From Botryllus schlosseri (Eukaryota), in assembly GCA_051294905.1 (NCBI GenBank), contig CM119379.1, positions 5,890,001 through 5,954,000 on the forward strand: 64,000 nucleotides of DNA, in the 5' to 3' direction. The notes beneath the pieces are model-generated. The model was not told where the DNA came from, made no database searches, and worked only from the letters and a program-made list of their open reading frames with translations. Below, one piece after another: positions 54,701 through 63,700 of this stretch (the stretch's first letter is position 1; every line of letters starts with the position of its first letter). The position numbers were made by a program, and so were the translations under genes.

Positions 54701-57700
54701 ACGTTCAACGCTTCATATTTGTCAGGTGGTAAGTAGTTCATGGATACATATTCTCATCAACCATCAGGTATTATTGCTATCAGGGAAAATAGTTCGAAAC
54801 AAAACCTTCACCGCGCACTGTAAACCACTCTGTGTTTGTACAGTGAATATGTGTTTGTACAGTGCATATGTGTTTGCAAACAAATGTGGGACACATCGCA
54901 GCCAACCTCATTTTCAAGTGTTGTACTAGAGGAATCTAGTGTCGCTCACTTCCCACTCTTACTTAAAGTAGCTTTGTCTTGTAAGCCTCTACTTGTCACT
55001 ATTTTCGAGCATTACCTGTACTGCTATATCAGTAGGATGGGATGCTACTTTAACCACATCGGTTCAACCACCTTACCGGTCTGGTAGACTTCAGAACGTG
55101 TATTTTAATGATTACTTAATGATTTCTACATTTATTAGTAAACAATACGTTCATGTTGGCAAATTTATTCCACTTCTACCGTAACTGCGCGTTATTTACT
55201 GCTGTTTGCGACTCTGTGTACCTGTCATTATTACGTCACAATGACAATATTCTTTCTATATTTCGAACTATTTTAACCTCATTTACTGGCGTTCGCTCCT
55301 GATGAGAGCCAGTCGAAAAGCTTCGAGTGGAATCCATTTAGTAGTATGCGAGAACATGTTTATCACCAAATGCGCTATAGTGGTGTCACGCATAAGCTAG
55401 CTGCCAAAGAAGCATTTGTTCATAATGAAAATGCATTTTGCAGAAGACACTCAAATAGATTTAGAAGCGGAAATTTCCAAATCAGGCGAAAAATAATTGA
55501 TGCTGGAAATAGATACCGGTACACAATAACAAGTCCTACCAAAGAAAGTGGTTTAGAATGAAGGCGCAAAGATACAAATTTGTTAGTAACCTGTCATAAC
55601 TATAAAAAGATGAACCACTTTGCTTAACGCAGAATGGCTAATGTTGCTGAATATATGCAATACCGGATCTATACTCTGCGATTGTGACAGGACGACCATA
55701 CTTCATACTGATGATGATAATTTTCGTGACGAATGCAAACCTACTTGCAAACCACTTTTATTCCACATAATTCCAGTGGATTTCGATGGTGAATAATTTG
55801 TTTTCAAGGACTTCTACAAAAGAAGTGGATGCAATCGTGTGACAAAGATACCGACATCGCTCAGGTAAGGAAAACCAACCACTTTACTGTTAATAGGAAT
55901 ATGCATTCTAATCTGTTATTGGGCAAATGAGATATCTACATTGTAACATAGAAACATATCGATCTTGAACGTACCAGCCTCTGTCCCATAGGTATGATCA
56001 GTAGTTGGTCCAAGATGACCCGAACTCTTGCCGCCCTGCTGGTAAGTCCAATCCATATTATCTGTCGCATGCTCATTCGTGTATCCGCAAACGCCAGTGT
56101 CTTCGAAGGCACAGAAATGTGTATCTGCAGATGGCGGCAGAGTGCATTCGCCAGCTTCGATGTTAATTTCGTCAATGGCAATGTCGCTGGCCCATGTAAG
56201 ACCAACTACTCCTTCAAATACAACCTGAAATGTTTAGCATCGTTAACTTTAGTTTCATGGCCATGGGCTGATTAGAAAAGCAGTGTTTAAAAAGGTGGGC
56301 AGCAATGTAGCACTTCTGTGTGTCATAGTACCCAAGTATGTCTTGTTTACTTGCAGTACATACTTAACTGTCCATGTTTTAGAACAGCGATTCTTAAATC
56401 TCATTTTGTTCACAGACCCCTTCATATTTTATGGGCGGTAGCTCGTACCCCGAAAATTGGAGAAGCTGCTGAAAGGTAAGTCCTCACATCTACCTACTTT
56501 TTAGATTTCATCAAGTGGTAAGGAGTGTTGGGGAAAATTTGAATTACATTAAAGAATGACGTTTTCACCAAAATAACGCAATGGAGCCCCTGCATTATAA
56601 TAAAAGGATGATTTCAAAAGTGATGGTATTATTAATCGTTCTGTGTGAGCTGTGATCTTAAAGCATACAATTTGAACAGTTTTTAAGGGCAATTGATCGA
56701 AAAAATATGTACCAGCTAGTTCAAAGCTAATTCTTAAAACTACTCAGTTAAGTCAAATTGATTCCTTACATCCTACTCTTATTTTGAATGATTCTGACAT
56801 GTTGAGAATATCTACTTTAAAAACTCTTGGAGGTTTCGGAACTTCAATATAGAATTGAATTATATATTAATATTGATCCAAAGAAGATCCAAAACCGTTC
56901 ACCAAGCTTTAGCGATTAAATCAATGCCAATCAGGCATTACTCCTGTGTACGCGATTGTATTTCGCGTACGGTATTTCACCTTGAATTGCTGGCTTGGAT
57001 TCAAATTCACTTCTGCAAGTAACCAGTTATCGCCCTTGTTTCCTGTTCTTGTCCAATAAGGTGATGCCGGTAGTTCATCTCCATATTGTACGTAAACATT
57101 TAATGTACCCATGTCCACGCCATACATGTGGTAACGAAATGAGAGACATTGAGCCCCTGGAAAAAATTACATTTTTGCATTAGCAAGGGAATGTGACTTA
57201 CAAATCATGGTAATTCAGAATTTGCAAAGGTCTCATAACTGTCACATGGCTTATGCATGTGAGGTTAACAATGTACGTCTTAAAATGATCATTACAATTG
57301 TATTATAACTGCAAAAACTTATATTCCATGGTAACACGATGACAATAAATAGATTCTGCCAATGACTAGAATTGCCAGCAGTAATGAAATACAGAATATG
57401 AATAAGGAACTGAAACTGTTTTCTCGGTTGTGGAGTATGTCAATATTGGATAACATGGACGTGAAATGTGTATAGAGAAGCCAAAAGAATTGAATGAAGA
57501 GTGCTTGTTTTCAACAATGTGGGAAGTATCGCTGCAACCATTACGCTCATGTTGCCAAATTTATTCCACTCGAAGCTTTTCGGCTGGCTCTCATCAGGAG
57601 CGAACACCAGTAAATGAGGTTAACCAAGTTCGAAATATAGAAAGTTTGGTCGTTGTGACGTAATAATGACAAGTACACAGAGTCGCGAACGGCAGTAAAC

Positions 57701-60700
57701 AACGCACGCCAGAAGGAACATCTCTACACGCTGGGAATGTTTCATTAGTGTTGTTTTGTCATTCGGCTGATTTACAGCCAGTTTCGCGTATGTTGTACCG
57801 TTACTGTGCATTGTTTACTGCTGTTCGCGACTCTGTGTCATAAATTTGGTAACATGAACGTATTGTTAGCTGCAATATTAAAGTTCTGTAATTCCAAAAG
57901 CCTAATTTGGGAAGTAATGTCAATACTGTACGATATGAACCTGTGGATGAGTAATGAGTATACAGAATATGAACAAGGAACTGGAACTGATTTCTCGGTT
58001 GCGAAATATGTCAATATTGCTTAACATGGGCGTGAAATGTGTATAGAGAAGACAGAAGAAGTGGAAGAAGAGTGGTTGTTTTCGATAATTAACGCAAAGT
58101 CATGCCGACAGAGGATTTTTTCTCCAGTCAAACAAGTATAAATAAGGCTGGGTTGCAAGCCAGTATCATTTATTTCAAGAGGACTTGAATGAAGGAAGAA
58201 TGGTCGACATGGAAAGCTGTACATCTCAGAACAGTGGGGGTGACAAAACCGCATTCAAATGGACAAAAACTCCAAACAAAAGACTATCTGGAAAGGCTCA
58301 ATTGAGAGAGCTTGTTAACGAATATTGTAAAAATGAGAGCGTGATAGAAAATACTCCATTTATGCACGTAATTTGCAAAGTAGAATATGAAAAAATTGTC
58401 AAAAGCATGTTTCCACCACTCACAGACCAAGAATGTAGGTGTCTGTATGAGGGTGCAAAAAAGCCAGACCATATCCACTATATAGGTAAAAAAGGTAAAA
58501 AAGCCTGACGCATGCCAAAAGGGTGGGGTAGGCGCAGAGCAATTCGTGACGTAAAACACTTTTTCATGACTGTAAAGTATATTCAGTATACGAAAGGATC
58601 AAAGCCTTCCAGATATGGTGGAAAACTACATCATCACGTTCACCACACATATGGAGATCCTTTGCATAAATCCGTTTCAGCAGATGTGCTTTGTAAAATG
58701 ATAACTTCTCAGAAGTTGAAAAAACAATTCAAACAGTGCATTAAAGCAGAACGAGAAAAAAGAGATTTGAGGTCACAGAGATTCCATGACAGGGAATTCT
58801 ACAAAACTGGTGTTTGTCCTAGAAATCCAAAATTTAGAATTTGTAAATATTGTTGAGTCCATCACCTGGACGTGGAATAGGACTTTACTTCGATTTTTTT
58901 TATTCATATAATTTTACGTATATTGTATTTGTTGGACTGTAATGTTATAACAATTTAATTGCTGTAGGCTGTCTGTAGGCTCATCTTGATCACGATTACT
59001 TTAAAGCTCATGACATCAAGTTGCACAAATTTCTACATATCAGCAAACTACTACATACGGTGAGTATAACTTTGTCAAATTACCATTTTCCTCATAGAGG
59101 TATGCCATTTATTCCACACAAACTAACCTGTTACTGTTCTTTCAGCAAACATTCTAGCTGTGCTGCCTGATACCGCCGGGCTGGATGCTTCCATATAGAT
59201 ATAGTAGCCTGATCCAGAGTAATCACTTGATGGACCAGTACCGGTAGAAACGGTAGCCGTGTTCAAACGAGACCATGAGATGTCACTGGTCGGATCGTCA
59301 GTCCAGGCACATCGATCCTCATCAAAGTCACACTCAAATGTTGGTGGGGCTGTTAGACATAAATTAGAATGCAATAGAATAATCTCACACAGCTGGATTG
59401 CAAATTAAGTTCCGAAAGCAATGATATTATTAAATTTAGGTACTATAGCTCTAAAAAACATGACACATGAGAGGATGAATTCATTGAATTTTCAAGTTTA
59501 TCGAATAGATCGAAACAAATGCTGACTGGTAGAGCACAGCCTATTCAAGAATGCATAGTAAGTATCAAAATTACATCTCAATAAATTGCCACAAAAGAAT
59601 ATCAAAAATGATATTTTTTCAAAAACGAAAATTTCAAAAGAAATCGGATGAAATTGTATTTCAAATGCAACTTGCTTCAAGACATCATGCATTCATAACA
59701 CCATCATATAGAGAAGTCAATATGACAAAGAAACAACAGTAAACTTACGTGGTGTTGTTGGTGGAGGTGGTAGAGCATCTGCTGGTAAGATAGGGCAGTC
59801 ACCACGTGTCCATGTGATATCGTCAATTGCAATGTCTCCCAAATTGTCAGAGCCAACTGTCGCTTGGATGGTTATCTGAAGGAGAAAATGGATTATAATA
59901 GCACGTGGTAACGACAGAAATTCTGACAGTAGTAAATGACTAGCCATAGAATATTTGATGAGCTTCTAGAAGGTACAGAACTTCAATACGCAATCGAGTA
60001 ATACATTCATTAAGGAATAAACCCAAATATTTTCGTCTTACACTCGTCAGAGGCAATTGTCAGAAACAAGTAGAGAATACAATGTTCTTTACAAGTCTCT
60101 ATCAGTTGCTGACGATTACATTTAACCAGCGGCAACTGAAAATATATAGGTTCATTTCAATACGAATATATTTTTCAATTGAATAATATATTTGCAAAAG
60201 GAATTGGCACAATGTATGTCCAGTTTCCTTACTGTCGAATTGTAGCTCATACCAGACGTTTATACGAAAGCAAAAATCGAAGAACAATAAATATCAATAC
60301 AAAGATTTGCATGACAATAATCTGGATTATATTAATTGCAAATTAATGAGTGTGAATTCCTAACCTTAACATGGGAGGTCTTGAATATAATTGACCTTAA
60401 ACAAAATTCAGATTTTAACAATTTCCCAACAAACGAAATGTCTGATAATTGAAGTGCAGGACTGAAGCCAACTAACTTTTTACAGTAAGTAAAGTAATTA
60501 TAAAACAAGATTAAATTTTGATGGTACGCACTGAAAATACTTCCGCTGACGAAATCGGTACAGCGGCTTGTGTCCAGGTGCTGCCGAGATTTCTGGCATA
60601 GTACCACACTGTAAAATTGCTCGTCTTGTACACTTGAGAGACTTGTAGTTGACCCATGGAGGCTCCATTCATGTTGAACCAGAATCGGAAACAATACGTG

Positions 60701-63700
60701 CCATCCAGTGCGGGAACCTTCTGACTTGTGAGCCTGGCCCTGTCACCTTCTTCTTGGGGAAAACTTCCATCAGTGTAAACGTAATATCCTAAAATTTTGG
60801 CACCTTATAACATAAACATTCATATTGATCATGGCAATGTAATGAACTTGATGGTCCTTCCGTCGTCAGTTTATAGTAGGGTTACCATATTTCTGTGACC
60901 CAAATTCCGGACACTCTTCAGCGCCCACTAGTGGATTTCAAAATGAGTTATGACGTCTCAGTAGCAAAGCTTTGCACATAAACCAGAGGGGGTCACACGA
61001 TCCGGTTCAGAAGTATGTGGCTGTGTGTTGTGTAACCGGGACCGGAACCACATTTTCAGCCCCTTTCCGTGAGAATAAACAATGATTTTGAGCCCACCAT
61101 AGGGTAATCGCTGCAACTCCTGGGGGAAGCTTGCTCTATGAATATGGTTTCTATATGCATCTGGTCGTTAAATATTTTGAATGATGTCTGTCAATAATAT
61201 TGGTTGTTCCATACATTACTATATTGTTACTACTCTCCGACCACATGATCTCAGAGTTAGCGGGAGGATGATGAGTTCGAAAATAAAGGGAGCGTCATTG
61301 AACATGTTGAGTCATGTTCATGTTCCACAGATAAGATTGTTTATCAGCCTTATGCCGGTGTGCACCACGGAGATTTATAAACACCCCACATCCAGTGGTT
61401 TCCAACCGTTTATGGTCGCGAGTCCATCTCCAATTTGAAAATGTTTCGTGGCCCGATCAATATTTGACGAGCTGATTAACTAAAAGAAGTCAGCACCTTT
61501 GCCCAGACCTACTCACGGGCCGAGTACGTTCAAAATATCCGCGAACCACAGAATAAAGGTAAACGACCCCCACGTTTGGAACCACTATCTTTGAGCATTT
61601 AAACGGCCTTAACGATATCTACGAGTATACCGTTCTCATATAATTGCGATTACGATGAGGCTTATTCCAGTAAATGAAGGGTGTTTTTATTTATATTTGT
61701 TTTCAGTTTTTGCGAGGGTGGTAGCCCCCATAACATAACCCATAAATGTGATTAGCAAATCGCGCGCAGCGCGAAGAAAAATATCATGCATCAGCACAAA
61801 TATTCCCAAAAATAATGATTTTATGTTGATTTACGAAAAAATTGTTAGCCTACGTCAAGTCTTCGAAATTCCGGACATTTGGCATATTTTAGAAATTCCT
61901 CCCGGACTCTAGTTTGGACAGTTAAATTCCGGACATGTCCGGGAAATTCCGGACGTATGGCAACCCTAGTTTATAGTGCTATTTTGAACCAGATTACATT
62001 AGATGAATTTGAAATTTCAAACATTAATATTTATGACGGGATGGAGTCCAAGCCAAAATATGTTGATGGATAATATAATTATGTAATATGGGCAACATTA
62101 AACAAGTCTGACGGAAATGAAACATCCAGCATTCATTACCAGACCTTCCCTTAAGGTTAATTGAAAACAACCGGTAAAGTTCTTCCATTTCAATATGAAA
62201 CGAGGCAATAAGTAGCTTTCTAAGATCATTATTCCCCATATGTGTAGTAACTTACCTACGGAGAGAACAATATCCAGCAAGCTTGTGCTTAACTTGCATT
62301 GCAGCAGAGGTGTTGCAATTAGGGAATGCCTTAATTGCTTTCAAGCAGCTAACACTACACAAAACTAATCTTTGAATATGGAGATGCAATGTCTATGTCA
62401 TCACTCGCATAGAGTACATTGCAAAATATTGTAATGGTATTTGTAATCTTTGCCTTCAGTCAGTCTCTATGCTAACCTGTTCCAGATGTATGATCGCCGT
62501 TCGGTCCTGTATCAGGAGTTGGAGTTGATCCTTTGTTTTCAATCCAATCAAATTCATCCATTCCTTGTGCAGCATTTGACCAAGCACAGAGATCCCTTTC
62601 AAAGTCGCAATCGACTGCAATTCGAAAATTAAAATATAGCATAACGCACCTGACCATTCAAAATTTTTCGCCAGAATAAGCGACCAACTTAATTGTTATG
62701 ACTACATTTTTTTCATGCTGGTAGCATATTGTGCAATGTTCAGGTATTTGGAACTTAGTCATAGTCATGGGAAGAAAACTATCACCGTCACCCAAATTAA
62801 ATTTGTAGAAATATTAAAATCTCATTGCTAGCATTCATGACAGAATATTTTGAAGCTTATCAACACTTTCACTACACATAATTTATTGCATAATTTAATT
62901 CTTACATGGACTTGAACATTCAATGTCCAACATTGTTACATCATCCAACGATATATCTCCATAATAACTGGCCCCTCGAGTTGCCTCAAAAACAACACTG
63001 TAATCAGTGGCGGCAGTGATACCAACTCTGGCAGTCATCCATTGGTCTCCCTGGTCCCCGGACATTTTCCACAATTCTTCATCCGTGTCCTGGAACATCG
63101 GTAATACGACATATTCATCAGGTAGCCTTGGATTGAATGTTACTGGTTCGGTTGATAACATAGTGAGTGAGATATCGATTACATATATGAATTCATACAT
63201 CAGATATGATTCGTTGCATAATTGCACTTTTCAATAGTAATATTCAATTGAATAGTATATTCATATTCGGGTTCATTTCAAAATGAATATACTATCCAAT
63301 TGTACATTGAAGTTCTGTACCTCCACGAAGCTGTTCAAATAGCAATATTCCAGACACACATACATCGTCCTAAACTACTTTTTCAAGCTGTTACCTTCAG
63401 TATCACTCAAAGCACTGGAGATCTAACTTTACTAGAATTTATGGCAGGTATTAAAGTAACAAATTATAGCACTACTTTACCCTCTACTTCACCAGCACTG
63501 ATTTCTACTGTGATCAATTTTATCGAAATTTCATGACTTTATCAAGTCAAAAATAGTAGCACATAAGCAGGGCTTCTTAAACTATAGTCTACATCCCATT
63601 CGGGGTTTCAGAATGTATCACATTCTCACTAACTTTAAAAAAAACTATATAATGGGCGAATGAAAATAACAATCATGACTAATGTTGCTAGCATCAAGTC

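Noticed and set aside
250-63536. Most plus-strand and off-frame ORFs in the supplied track
   Set aside because: They are antisense or alternative-frame shadows of MAM exons, or chance frames in repeats, with no domain-like content.
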